Shown here: one piece after another, positions 11,064-23,817 of the stretch
Layout: every line of letters starts with the position of its first letter
Position numbering within the stretch: position 1 is the first letter of the stretch
Origin: Cyanophora paradoxa CCMP329
Lineage: Eukaryota > Plantae > Glaucophyta
Direction of reading: 5' to 3'
NCBI GenBank assembly: GCA_004431415.1
Contig: QPMI01000013.1
Coordinates: 1 to 64,000, forward strand
Length of the DNA: 64,000 nucleotides
Program-made: the position numbers and the translations under genes
Notes under the pieces: generated by a model
Databases searched by the model: none
The model's input: only the letters and a program-made list of their open reading frames with translations
Told to the model about the DNA's origin: nothing

Positions 11064-11815
11064 CACGTGTGCGTGTGAGAACATAAATTGTAGTGGTCCG
11101 ACGGTCGCGCTAGCACTACGGTCGGTAAATTGAATCTCGCCGAGTCGAGCTCGCCGTCGAAGTAACCAATATCGATGATCCAGGGCCCGCACGTCTTAAA
11201 TGTCAGTAGGGCCTGGCATGCGCGGGCCCCGGGGCTGTCGACTCGCCGAGTCGGCGAGTTAATAATTCCTAGGTACACGCCGTGACGTGATCTTCACGCG
11301 AGTCATGATCATGATCATGATCAGTGAAAGAGCTGCCAGGCTGTACAGCCATGGCCAGCGCCTGTACAGCTGTACGTACACTGCTGCCCAGCTCATGATC
11401 AGCGGCTGATCATGATCATGACAGCTCATGATTAGCTGTACATGTTTTCAGATTTTCAAGCCTGATATCGATCATGAAGCTCACTTCAAGGCTTCAGCTG
11501 TTTCGAATTCAAGTTTTACATCATGATCAAGAACACGCGTACGTGCACTGCGGCACTAGCTATAGCTATAGTTCTCAGAGTCTGACCATTCAATGATTCA
11601 AGTGATTAATATATTGATCCGATGATGGATATCCCGGAGAGTCCGATTCAATGATTATAATCCGATGATCATGATCATGATGAAATTATTCAATGATATA
11701 TAATTAATACAATATCATGCATGCGCTATTTGGGTATTTCCCGGCATTGCAATTGCTTAAAATCGCCGCGGTATTTTGCGGCATCTCGCGCCAATCGAAT
11801 GATTCGCGGCTCTTC

Positions 11816-12005
11816 GCGGCATCTCGCGGCAACTCGCGGCATTCCGCGGCATCCCGCGGCATCCCGCGGCATCCCGCGGCATCCCGCGGCATCCCGCGGC
11901 ATCCCGCGGCAACTTGCGGTTTCCGCGAGAAATCGCGGCAATCCAATTATCCGCGATTTATCGCGGCAACTCGCGGCAACTCAGAACTCGCGGCAAGTTG
12001 CGGCA
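11816..12005 (+). repeat. 10-bp minisatellite (ATCCCGCGGC)n with degenerate flanks
   Basis: Six perfect copies at 11851-11910 plus atctcgcggc/aactcgcggc variants. Confidence 0.95.
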
Positions 12006-12567
12006 ATCATTGAATAGGCGGCATTGAGGGATCAACGGCAGGCGTTTCATGTTCACTGAGTGAGTGATCATGATCCTGATCATGATCATGAGTAAATGAT
12101 CATGATACAAAAAATCAGCCGCCGGGCCGCTGAGCGCAGCGTTGAAGCGTTGAAGTTTGAAGCTTTAAAGCTTATTTATCACGCACTGCGGCAGTTCAAG
12201 ATCAATCAATCATTGAATATTACAAGATATCGATAATCAGATGATGATCAAGATCTAAAGCCCGCGCCGAACCCCATGGCCAGGCCTAGGCCCGGCCGCG
12301 GGCCCCTTAAGCTTGCAAGTATGTCGACATCCGACAAGTAAGCTTGCACTCATCCTTGCAATACATAGCCATCCTTGCAAGTATCATAGTATGTCAACAT
12401 ACTAGGTCGAGAGCTTGGTACAAATTAAAACCTCAATAAACATGTCGCAGTGCCACGCTTCCTGTCGCAGTTCTCGACTAATGGCTATGAAAGGCCGCTG
12501 CAGGCCGCTGCCACGCAGTGCCACGATGGCTATGAAAGGCCGCTGCATGCGCTCCGCGCGCCCGTCA

Positions 12568-14788
12568 CAGCGTCAGCCCCCGGTTTTGGGGGCGCCCAAA
12601 CCAGGGCGGGGGGCGGGGTCCCTGCGGAAACCGCGTTCAGCGCCGCCTCCCAAGCGATTCGGCAGCCCTCCAGGGGGCCGTGGTTGGCGGGGGGGCGGGG
12701 AGGCGGGGGGCGGGGGCCCTGCGGAAGCAGCGTTAGCGCCGTCTCCCAAGCGATTTGGCGGCCGTCTGGGCGCGATACTAGGGCCTCGCCCGGCAGAGCC
12801 AGGGCCGGGGGCGCGGGCCGGGCCTCGTACCGGGGTACGTGGTTGGCGGGGGGGCGGGGGGCGGGGGCGGGGCCCTGCGGGAGCAGCGTTCAGCGCCGCC
12901 TCCCAAGCGATTCGGCAGCCCTACGGGCGCGATATTAGGGCCCCTCCAGGCATCGCCAGGGCCGGGGGCGCGGGCCGGGCCTCGTACCGGGGTACGTGGT
13001 TGGCGGGGCGACGGAGAGCCGGGGTGTGGGGCGGGGGCCCTACGGGAGCAGCGTTCAGCGCCGCCTCCAAATCGATTTGGCGGCCGTCTGGGCGCGGTAC
13101 TAGGGCCCCGCCTGGCAGAGCCAGGGCCGGGGGCGCGGGCCGGGCCTCGCACCGGGGTACGTGGTTGGCGGGGGGGCGGGGAGGCGGGGGCGGGGCCCTG
13201 CGGAAGCAGCGTTCAGCGCCGTCTCCCAAGCGATTCGGCGGCCGTCTGGGCGCGGTTCTAGGACCCCGCCAGGCAGAACCAGGGCCGGGGGCGCGGGCCG
13301 GGCCTCGTACCGGGGTACGTGGTTGGCGGGGGGGCGGGGAGGCGGGGGGCGGGGTCCCTGCGGGAGCAGCGTTCAGCGCCGCCTCCCAAGCGATTCGGCG
13401 GCCCTCCGGGCGCGGCACTAGAGCCCCGCCCGGCAGAGCCAGGGCCGGGGGCGCGGGCCGGGCCTCGTACCGGGGTACGTGGTTGGCGGGGCGACGGAGA
13501 GCCGGGGTGTGGGGCGGGGGCCCTGCGGGAGCAGCGTTCAGCGCCGCCTCCCAAGCGATTCGGCGGCCCACCGGGCGCGGCACTAAGGCCCCGCCCGGCA
13601 GAGCCAGGGCCGGGGCGCGGGCCGGGCCTCGTACCGGGGTACGTGGTTGGCGGGGCGGCGGGGGCGGGATCCCTGCGCGAGCGGCGTCCAGCGTGGCTGA
13701 CGCCACGCTCAAAAAGACCCTCCGATTGAATATCAAAGAGCGGGCAAAGGCGGCTGGCCCGCGCACCGCGGATACGTGGTTGTGGCGAAGCGCGCGCGCG
13801 CAGGGCATGGAGGCGGCATGCTGCAGCTCGTCGGCGATCCTGGCTCTGACTGCGCAAGACGCCAGCAGCCATTGAGTCCCATGCGTCGACGGCGAGGTGC
13901 CCCCAGAGCACGCGCGGTAACGGAGATCGCCCTGCGCAAATGAGCGCGGGCAGGCCGCGGTCGGCGCTCGGCGCAGGGGCGGCGCGGGCGTGTGCAGACC
14001 TCGGCGCCGGCTTTTCGGCTCGTGATGGAGCGCGCACGGGATCGCGTTGACATGCGGCGGCGGCGCGAGGGCGACGAACCGCCAGATGCGCCGCGCCGGA
14101 TCGCCCGCGGTGAGCGAACCGAGCACGATGCAAAGTGAGCCACGGACCTATAGCAGTAGCTGTACATGTGCCGCGATGTGCGGCGTGTACTGCGGCGGCG
14201 AGCGGGGCCAGATGGAGGCGCCAGATATAGCGGCGGCGCCTGGGGAGTGCGACGCGCTCGAGCGTTTCGCACACCGGGCGATGTGTGGCTGGAGCTGGTG
14301 CCTCGTAACGCTGTCCCCCCGGTTTTGGGCAGCCCCAAAACCGGCGCTGGCGCGGCGGCGGCAGCGCGGAGGACCCGAAGCGGTACACAGCGCAATCGTT
14401 GCGCTGTACCGCGCATGCATAACGCGACCAGAGCGCTAGCAGCGCGGACTGCATGACGGAATCGCTGTCCCCCCCCTCCGCAAGCGGGCGCGCGGGACCT
14501 TGGCGCGCGGGCGCGCAGCGGGGATCCGCTAGCAAAAAGGACCTATGCGCGCCGATTCCCTAGCACTCGTGTAGCTGTCTTGCCGATCCCGCGCCGCGAA
14601 TCCCGCGCCCGCAGTGGTCGAAAACCGATGGTGACGGGGCTAGACGCCGCCTAATGTATCGTGTTCAGTAGCATGCAACCTCCATTACTGCTATCTGTCG
14701 CCTAGCCCGCTGCCCCCCTCGCTGCGCCATCACACAACACATAATTCCCAACCCAATTGCTGTATTAATTTTGGACCAGAATGCGCTC
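12568..14788 (-). repeat. Right inverted arm, including an inverted ~160-bp array (about 12600-13670)
   Basis: Reverse complement of the left arm; repeated accggggtacgtggttggc anchors; innermost unit truncated. Confidence 0.95.
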
Positions 14789-15710
14789 TAGTGTCCCTGA
14801 TAAAAGTCCTTCATGCGATTCGAAATTCAACGTCGACTTTTTTTCATGCGAGCCGTCTTGCGATTCCCGTCCAATGTTCAAAATCGCGTCTCCGACGAAT
14901 CCGCGGTGAGCGCTTCACGGTGTTAAAGGGCGTTTTTCGCTTTCAAGCTCGGGAACTCATTGGAGGGCCATGGAGGGCTCGCAGCTGAAGTCATGATTAT
15001 TGATCGCTGCAGACTGCAGTTGCAATTGGCGGAAGACGATTCGGAGTGTGTGTACGTAGTACATTGTGTACTTCTACTTGTAACGGCCCCGCGGCGCAGA
15101 TTTTTACGAAGTGACGAAGTTAATTTGCGCACGTGCGCTCCCTTAGCTTCTAGATCGGCGATCGGCTTGGTGGGAGCCGCGAGCGCGGCGGTGATCAAGA
15201 CTCAAGAGCGGCGCGCCGCCCGCGGCCGGCCGTCGACGTCGGTTCGGCGTCGAGTCGCCGTCGTCGAGGAGCGCGGCGAGCAGCGCTCAGCTTTCCGATA
15301 GCTAAAGACGAAGCCCCTTGCAATTGCAAGTTTCCGAAGTGCAGCCCCGCCAAATTGGCAGTGAATTTGGCACCAAAGCGCCAGCACAGTTGCTCCATTT
15401 GCCATTTAGATTTGCGTAGCTTGCGATCGCATTCGTCAGCGCGCACCCGCGGCCGGCGCCGTGCTCATCTGTGCACATCCTGATCTTCAGCATCAGCGGC
15501 CGGCCAGCGCATTCATTTGCGGGATTAGGCGGCCGAACGTGCAGCTGCCGCATGCGCAGTGCGGCGCGCGGCGATGGCGGCGGTCGCTCCTGCGCTCCCG
15601 CGCTCCGGCAGCATCCTCGGCGGGAAGGTCGTCGTGAAGGGGCGCCTCAAGAAGCACTACGACTACGGTGCGCTCGGATCTTTAGCTGCGCATCGCCGAT
15701 TCGCAATTGC

Positions 15711-18700
15711 ATGCTGAGAGAAGTTAACGAAGATCCCGACGTTGAGGTTCTCCGGAGCCACGAGACGGTGGGGGCGTGGGGCCATCTCTACCGTCGCGCG
15801 GAGCTCGTAGCATTCCAAATCCTGTGCGCATGCGCATGCGCGCGCCCGGCGGCCCGCCCCGGCCCGCTGCTCGCTCGCGATCGCGGCACTCGCCTCACGC
15901 GCCTCAATTAGGTTCTACCTCACGGACCGGACGGGCAAGGCGCACGGGCCCTTCTCGCGCTTCGTCCTCCCCTATCTCTTCATCATCTACGACTGTGCGC
16001 ATTTCAATTTCCCAGCTAACATTGCACCACTAAGCTTAAGTCTCTCTCGATATCAATTAAAATATTGCAAGCCATGGCCAGATTGCATCGCTAATTATAT
16101 ATCGCGCGCAGTCCTACAGCTCATCGGCCTCTCGATCCTTAATGGCTTCCCCCCCTCTTCCGTCGCCTGGATCATGTATCCCGCCAACGCCGAGAGCATG
16201 GTGCGCAGCGTTGCGCCCCCGGCGCACACAGTCGCTTTGATTTTCTTAACTTTACTGCCTCCGATCCGCAGATCGGCAAGTCGAACCCGATGGTCGTCTT
16301 CTGGATCGTCTGCGCCCTCATCTGCGTCATGTTCGCCCTCACTGGCCTCGTCTTCTACATGTCTGTCGTGCGCCCCTCGGAAATTTGGAAATTTTGGCAC
16401 TCTGCATGCGCAATCGACGGCGCCGTCGCCTTCAAGCTTGCCGACGCAAACGACGGCGACAGACGCAGAGCGTGCGGGTGCAGCCGCTGCGCTGGCTCCG
16501 CTTCCTGGCGCAGGTGCTGGTCGACGCCGCCTTCGTGCGCGGACTTTTCCAAATTTCCAGCGCCGCTTTCGAATTCTTCGTCGTCCGAGGACTAGGACTA
16601 GTGCTAAAGGCGGCGGCAGATCCCGGCGACGCAGGTGCTGGCGGGACCCGCCGCGTGCTTCCTCGCCTCGCACACGGAGCCCGGCGGCGTCGTCGCCCGC
16701 TCCGTCACCGGCGCCGCCGAGTGCGCCGCCTTCGGGGGGCCCCTCGACGCCCTCTACTTCGCCGTCTCCCTCGCCCTCCTCGTCCCTTTCATCGCCTACA
16801 GCCTCCTCTTCTCCCTCATGTCCGCCCGCTCGCCTTGATTTATATTTATAATTAATTCTCCATGATACTGATTCCGAGTACATTTAATTTCGAATGTATT
16901 CGCAGCTTCTTCGACAGCAGCCCCGTGTCGCACGCCGCGGAGGCGCGGGCCCAAGGACGCGTCACTTTCCTGTCCGTGCACTCGCCCCCCCGGCCCGGCC
17001 CCCCGGCCCATGGCTCTTGCCTGCGTCTGACCCCGGCCCGCCCGCAGCTACGGTCCTCCCCCATCCTCCGCTGATTTCGCGATTGATATTGTCCTCACCT
17101 TCGAATTCGAATTTGCACAGTGCTCGTGCAAGCTGGCCTCATTTTCGTCAACCTTTTCGCTGGCTCGCTCGAGGTCTGCACGGCTATATATGCACCAACA
17201 CGCGCGTTGACGTTGTCGCCTAATCAAGATTTCCGCTCCATGTCGTTGCAGGTGTTGATGCTCATGATCAATTTCACGGCTTTGTTCTGCGTGTTCCTCT
17301 TCACGTTTATCAGCCTCCCCTACTATTCCACGTGCCTGCCTCTTTTGTTTCCGTTCCACTTAATTCTCGTTAATTTGAGCGATGCCCCAGCTTCATGAAC
17401 GGCTTCCGGGCAGGCACCTTCCTCGCCTCGGCGGTTTTCGCTCTTTCGGCACTCGCCCTTCGCGAAGGCTCCGCGGGCGAGGGCTCGCAGTCGTGGTCCG
17501 CGGCAGCGCAGGCCCTGATGGTGCCTTCGTTCCTCATCGGCATGGCCTCCTGCTGTGCGCATATGCATCCGCTGCTGTGTCTAGATCGGATGGCATGGAG
17601 CGCCGGCGCCGACTGCCGTCTTTAATTTGCGCAGACTGGCGGGCGTGGCTGCTGATGCGCTCGCGCGTGAGCACGGCGGACAAGTGGAAGCAGGTGACGG
17701 CAATGGGCATGCTGGCCGCCGCCACGCGCGCCGCGGGCGGCCCCGGCCGCGCCGCCAAGGCGTGGCGCGCGGCGGCGGCGAGCGCGCTCGTGCAGGGCCC
17801 GACGACGAGCGGCTCGGTGTCAGAGGGCGTGGACCGTGACCCCGAGGTCGGCTCCACCTCGATGATGATGATGTCGGACGCCGGCAACGTTAACGTCGCC
17901 GGCAACGTCGACCGCGAGGCGGGGCAGCTTCAGGCGGCGGCGGCGGAGGACGAGTCGCGGCAGCTGCAGCAGCACGGCACGCGATGGCGCCGCCTCCTCG
18001 CGGCGACGCTGGACGCGTTCCACCTGCGGTTCCTCGCCGAGTGCCAGTACGAGATCCGGGCGCGCTACGTCCTCGCCAAGACGGAGGACCTCGACGTCGC
18101 AGAGGCCGTCTTCCGAGAGGGCCTCTCCCGCTTCCCGCGGTCGGCCTTCCTGCGCGTCACGCACAGCCTGTTCGTGCGGCACTACCGCGGCGACCTGACG
18201 ACCGCCGTGGCGCGCCTGCGCGGCGTGAACGACGCGTGCCGCCCCGCGCTGGACCACCGGTACCTCGTCTTCGAGAAGATCCGGGCGTGGGAGCAGGTCA
18301 GTTATAAATTTACGTTCAACCGGCTGGCGCGAGGCTGAGTTCGAATCCGCCGCCCACGGCAGGTCGCGCACGGGACGCACATCGGGCAGTCGATGAACTC
18401 GCTCAGCCTGCTCGAGTTCCAGCAGGTCTTCTCCGCCGCCCAGAAGAAGCACGCCGAGGCGCTCGTCCTTCTCAAGAAGTTCTGGAAGGGCGTCTCCCAG
18501 GTAAAGAAATGGCGGGCTTAAGCTCTAATTTCAAGAATTCATGATCAAGAGGAATTAAAGATCTGCGCCGCCGTTTCTCGCAGCGCAACAACGCGAAGTT
18601 CATCGCCGGCGCCTCCCACTACCTCGAGAAGCTCTCCAGGGCCTCCCGCGAGACGCAGGAGTCCTACACCTCGTGCGTGCCACTGTGTTTCGAAAACTTC

Positions 18701-21700
18701 GCTGCGAATATAAGAGCTGTTAGGACGAATGTCGTGACAGATGCCCACTTCCAATTTAAAACACACCATCAGCTTTAGAGTGTTATATTAATATGATGGC
18801 CATAAAGCATTTTGATTTCCTGACGGTGGCGGCTGGCAGCCTGCTGCGCAAGTTCCGCAACAAGACTGTGCTGCGAGCCTACGCCGACTTCCTGCGCTGC
18901 GTCATGAACGACCCCGAGAAGGCGGCCTCGTACATTCTGAAGGCGGACGAATTGGAGGACGCCGAGGCGCGGCGCATCGCCGGCGGCAACGCCGTCGACG
19001 CCGTCGCCGCGCAGAGCGAGGACGGGTCGAGCTCCATGGGCGACAGCGCGACCGGCGCGCAGAGCGAGACGGCGAAGCGGAGGAAGCTCGAGCAGTTCCA
19101 CCAGATCCTGAACAACGAGGGCCAGCTCGCCGCCGTCCGCGCCCTCCACCTCGGCATCGCCATCGGCCTCGGCGTCCTTGCCCTCCTCGTGGCCGGATCC
19201 TACATCTCCTCCCGCGTCCTCCTCGACCACGTCAACAACGGGCTCTTCCGCATTGCGCAGGCCGCGCAGCTCGGCCGCTTCCTCTGCGGCACCATGGTCC
19301 GCTTTGATATTAATTTGCCCCGCCATGCCCGACTCGCCCCTTCTTTAATTCGCGTTCTGCGGTCAGTTCCAGTCGCGCGACGCCGTTCTCTCTGCCACAC
19401 TTGGCGACACCGCCACCTACAATTACCAGGTCCTCCACTCCGTCGGCTTTACATTCGCGTGGCTGGTCGCGCGTACACTTATCTCCAACGTTAACATCGG
19501 GGCAGAACTCCCGCCTTCTTTCGCGCTCGGGCATCATCCGCGACCTGCTCTCGGGCCTCTACCTCGGCGACAACGTGACGACGCCCTCCTCCAGCCCCAA
19601 CATCGTCGTGCGTGCACGTGCAGTCGCCTCGAACTCGAAGTGATTGCGCCGCGATTACCAATATATATATTAATGCCCCGCAGGCTCTCTTCCACGACAA
19701 GCGGCTGCACTACGACGATTTCGTGGAGGGGACGGGCCTCGCGCCCGGCGACACGCTCGTGCAGGAGTACGGAAGCCTATGGGACCTCGGCATGCTCATG
19801 TCGGGCCGCGCCCAGGAGTTCTCCAAACTCCCCATGGTCGGCAGCGCTAGCGCTTAAGCTTTTTGCATGAGTACTATTCGGAGTTTGGCTGATCTTTTCG
19901 AATTCGCAGGCGGAGAAGAAGGCGAACGGGCGGCGCAACCGGGCGTTCCGCTTCATCCAGGACACGGGTATGCCCGTTTTCTTCGAGGCGTTGTGGGAGC
20001 TCGTGACCGCCTACGAGACGGAGGTGATCATGACGCCTTCGCATATATAGACTGCGTTTCCGTTGAATTGTGAGCGATTTTCGGGGGCAGATCTACGGGT
20101 TTGCGGACAAGATCAAGGGCTTCAACGGCGCGTTCGTCGCCGCCATCGTCATAACTGAGTTGGTGCTGGTCCTCACGGTCCTGCGCCCCGCCATCGGCCG
20201 CGTTCAACGAACCAAGAGCGGCGTGTCGGACATCCTCAACCGCATTCCGCGAAAAGGTTCGCAAACTCCGCTTCTGACACAGAGAGCCACTTCCAACGTT
20301 AACGGCCTTGCAGCCCTGCGGAAGATCGCGAGGTACTACAGCAAGATGGTGCGTCAAGTCGCTGACCATGGCTGCAGAAACCGCCCATTGCGCCACGTTC
20401 GATTATAATTAATATTTCGCAGCGAGGGCCCATGGACGAAGCGGAGGACGTGTCGGAGTCGGAAGACGAGGCGGAGGGGAAGGGCGAGGGCCCGGGCGAG
20501 GGCGAGGGCGAGTAGCTCGGCGCCGGGGCAGCGCGAGGCGACGGTCCGGAAGGCAAGGAGGGAGGCCCTCGGCGCGCGCACCGGCTCAGCATCGACCTCG
20601 TCAGCGCCATCCCGAACCTGCGGTGCGGGGCTGCGCATGCATGCGCAAAGGGGAAGTGCGCTCTAGCGATTTCTAATGCGCAGTCGCATGCGCAGGGGCG
20701 GGGAGGAGTCGGCGCCCGACACGACTCGCGCCGTGCCCGCCGCCACGCACCGTCCCGTCAGCCTCCCGGTCGACCTCGACGGCTGTGCGCCCTTTTCCAT
20801 CTTTACGCTTCGAATTCGCGTCGCCGAGAAAGATTGCACGTGCAGCCACGCACGAAGAACGGCGGTGCAGCGGCGGTTCGATATCCTCCTTGTCAAAGCC
20901 GTTCGGGCGCGCAAACCATTAATCTTTGAGTCATCAGCCTCACTGTTGACTCGAATTCGAATGAGCAGATCCGAAAAGGGCACGGGCCTGTCGATGTTTC
21001 CCGTCGACGTGGCCGGAGCGGAGGGAACCCCGGGCGGGCCCTTGCAACTGGACCTCGAGGTCGCCTCGCCGACGCCGGCGCCAGCGCCGGCGCCGGCGGT
21101 GGTCGCGCCGCGGCTGGCGCTGGCGCCCGAGCTCGAGGCGCAGGAGGAGGCCGCGGCCGACGGCGACCTCGACCTCGTGCACGTCTTCAGCTTCTCGCGC
21201 GACGGCGCGGCGGACGAGCCGAGCGGCGCGGTCGACGTCGAGAATTCGAAGGCGCCCCGCAGCGCATTCATGGACCTCTTCAAGGAGCCCGGCGGGCTGC
21301 GGCTCGAGCTGGCGGGGATCGAGCCCGCCGTCGCCGAGGGCCTCAGCGCCAAGGCCAAGTCGGCGAGCCGCCGCTCCCGCAAGAAGTCGCACCGGCCCAA
21401 GGCCTCCATCCTGCGGCGGCGGCGCCTTGTGGAAGGGAAGTACGAGGTCGATGCGGAGCGGGGCGGCGCCGGCGCGGCGGCGTCGGCCCCGAAGCGCGTG
21501 GCGCTGGGCGGCGACGACCGCGAGGCGCCGGCGGACGGCTCCGGGAGCTCGAGCGGCGGCGAGAGCGACACGCCCGAGGGCGCGGCGCAGGCTGTTGCCG
21601 CCGCCGCCGACGCCGCCGCGAGCAAGGACGGCGCGACGACGGCGCGGTCGGTGGCGCCGGGGAAGAAGGCGAAGGGCCGGCCCCGCTCGCTGGGCGGCCC

Positions 21701-23420
21701 CGAGGCGCAGCGCGACGCCGCCGACGTCATCTTCCACAAGATGAACGTCCGGTGCGCAACATAAATCAATTAAGTTGGAGCCTCGGAGCACACGTCGAAC
21801 AAACAGCGTCTTAATTAATATTCAGGTACATGATTGCGTTCGCGGTGCTGACGCTGCTGGCGGTCGGCTCTTTCCTCGCCACCTACTTCATCGTCTCCAA
21901 CTCCGTCGCCGCCTCCACCGTCATCAAGGCACGCGCGCCTTCGAATTCGCTCTTTTGTGTGTTCCACCGATTTAGATCTAGATCTTCTCGTGTGTGTAGT
22001 CGGTGGTCTTCGAGGGGCGCTGACGTCGACGGTGTCGCAGTACGCGGGCCGGCGGAGGGCGCTCACGCGCGCGGTCAGCTTCCTCGCCCGCGAAGTCTAC
22101 CTCGACGACGTGCGCACATCGCATGTGCAGCACTAATATTCGCCCGCGACCTCCTTTGATGCTGATGCTGACGGTGATCATGATGATGATGGCAGGGCTC
22201 GCTGGGCACAAAGGCCGACAACATCGACATGCTCGCGAAATACATCACGGTGCACCGCTCCACTCGAGACCGGATGTGATGCCCCGCGCCGCATGATCGC
22301 GATCCTCCGTTGCAGGATTTGAGGGTGTCGCACGAGAGCTTGAAGTACGGGAACGACACGGCGAAGCCGTTCCCCCTGGACAACGCGTATGCGCGGAGCC
22401 CGAAGCAGCTGGAGCTCATGTACGGGAGCGGGTGCCTCCTCCTCGACGGGAAATGCACGGCCGCGCGGGTGTGCACTGCGTCCTGCGCCCTCCTCTCGCG
22501 ATCGCGATCGCGGCTCACTCGACATCGATCGCAAGGCTGGGTACCTGGCCCCCTACGTGAACAGCGGCCTCGACTTCGGGTTCCAAGCGATGATCGGCTT
22601 CGCCAAGACGATGCTCAAGGAGAACGAGTACTACACGCCGTCGTGCGCCGCCGCGTCGCCGTCCGCGTCGTCGTTGGCGCCGTCACCGAAGTGAGCCGCA
22701 GGGGTGCCGTGAACGCGGGAGCGTGGTACCGCAGTTCCACGACGCCGCGGCCGTGGTACCCCGCGCGCAAGATGGCGGCGACGAACCAGACGTGCTGCCT
22801 CTCGGCCCTCAGCATCCACGTCGACTCGGTCGCGGCCCAGACCTTCTACGACCTTGTGCGCCCGCAGCTGATCGTGATCATGATTTTATGAACTGCTCGC
22901 CGAGTCGGCTAATTATAAATGGCTCGCAGACGGAGTACCTGGGGGAGGGGATGGAGAGGAGCCAGGCGATGATGTACGCGGACGCGCAGTCGGACCTCTC
23001 CCTCAACTTCGTCGTCTGCGTGCGCCCAGACACATAGACAATTCCCGCGTTTCACCTTATCCTCCTTATCTCTAAGCTTCTCAAGCTTCTTATCCATCTT
23101 ATCTCTAAGCTAATTAAGCTTCTTATCCCCCCTTCTTACATATTCTTCGCAGGCCGTCGTGCTGGGCATCCAGCTCTTTAGCCTCTCCGTCGTCTACCTC
23201 GCAGTCTTCCGCCCCATGTGCGCCCCGCCCACGCCCGCGCTAGCGCTCGAGCTCGAGCAACATCGAGCTCGGGTGCGTGCCCTGCAGCATCCAGCAGCTG
23301 ACGGAGGAGTGCGGGCGTTCGGCGGAGCTGCTGCACATGGTCCCCAAGGACTGGGCGCCCCTCCTCCGCGCCCTCGAGCAGGTCTTCCGGCCCCCGGACC
23401 CCGACCAGCCCGACCCGTAG
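15711..23420 (+). CDS. Large multi-pass membrane protein, TmcB/TmcC (tiny macrocysts)-like, many exons; contains an in-frame TAG at 20513-20515
   Basis: N-terminal FQIL|FYL..IIYD|FLQLIG and several TM segments; TPR-like region AEAVFREGLSRFPRSAFLRV..LDHRYLVFEKIRAWEQ; LLRKFRNKTVLRAYADFLRCVMND; C-terminal TM plus LSVVYLAVFRP|IQQLTEECGRSAELLHMVP. Confidence 0.75.
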
Positions 23421-23760
23421 CCGCAGCGCGCGACGATGTACATGTGTCCAGATCTCGCGCTCTCAAGAGTCTATATAGCTATAATTGCAAGGGGGGGTCA
23501 GCTGCTCAAACCCCCCTTGCTACCCGTCGGATTGTCTGTCACGCTGTCCAAGTCGGCCAGTTCGCAAGTCGGTCTTTTTTCCGTCGGCGATAAGTCTTTT
23601 TGTGGTACCCCGCTGTGGATAAGGCCGGCGCCGCCGGACGTCTCTTTCTGCTGTATCCCGCGCAAGGCTCCTTCAAGCCTCCTTGCCGCCGCCGACGACC
23701 GTCGGACTTGCCGCCCACGCAACCGCGATGTGCCAGGCACTGCCAGCCTGCAGCTGCAGC

Positions 23761-23817
23761 TGCACTGCTTGCAGAACGCAGCTAAGCATGCACTGCTTGC
23801 AGAGCGCAGCTAAGCAT
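23761..23817. repeat. 28-bp tandem duplication
   Basis: tgcactgcttgcaga(a/g)cgcagctaagca twice. Confidence 0.85.

Larger units (their letters stand above)
8774..14788. mobile_element. Non-autonomous foldback-like DNA element with ~2.3-kb inverted arms and 3-bp TAG flanking duplication (PIF/Harbinger-like ends)
   Basis: Left end tag|GAGCGCATTCTGGTCCAAAATTAATAC and right end GTATTAATTTTGGACCAGAATGCGCTC|tag are reverse complements; arms 8774-11063 and 12568-14788 are near-identical inverted copies; no transposase ORF recognised. Confidence 0.8.

Noticed and set aside
11704-12017. ORFs with repeated GMPRDAAGCR peptides
   Set aside because: Artefact of the 10-bp minisatellite, open on both strands.
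9079-14535. Long ORFs in the arms (e.g. 12415..13875, 13258..14535, 12921..14126) as transposase or other protein genes
   Set aside because: They are R/P/G/A-rich translations of GC-rich repeats, open in several frames, differ by frameshifts between arms and show no DDE or other motif.
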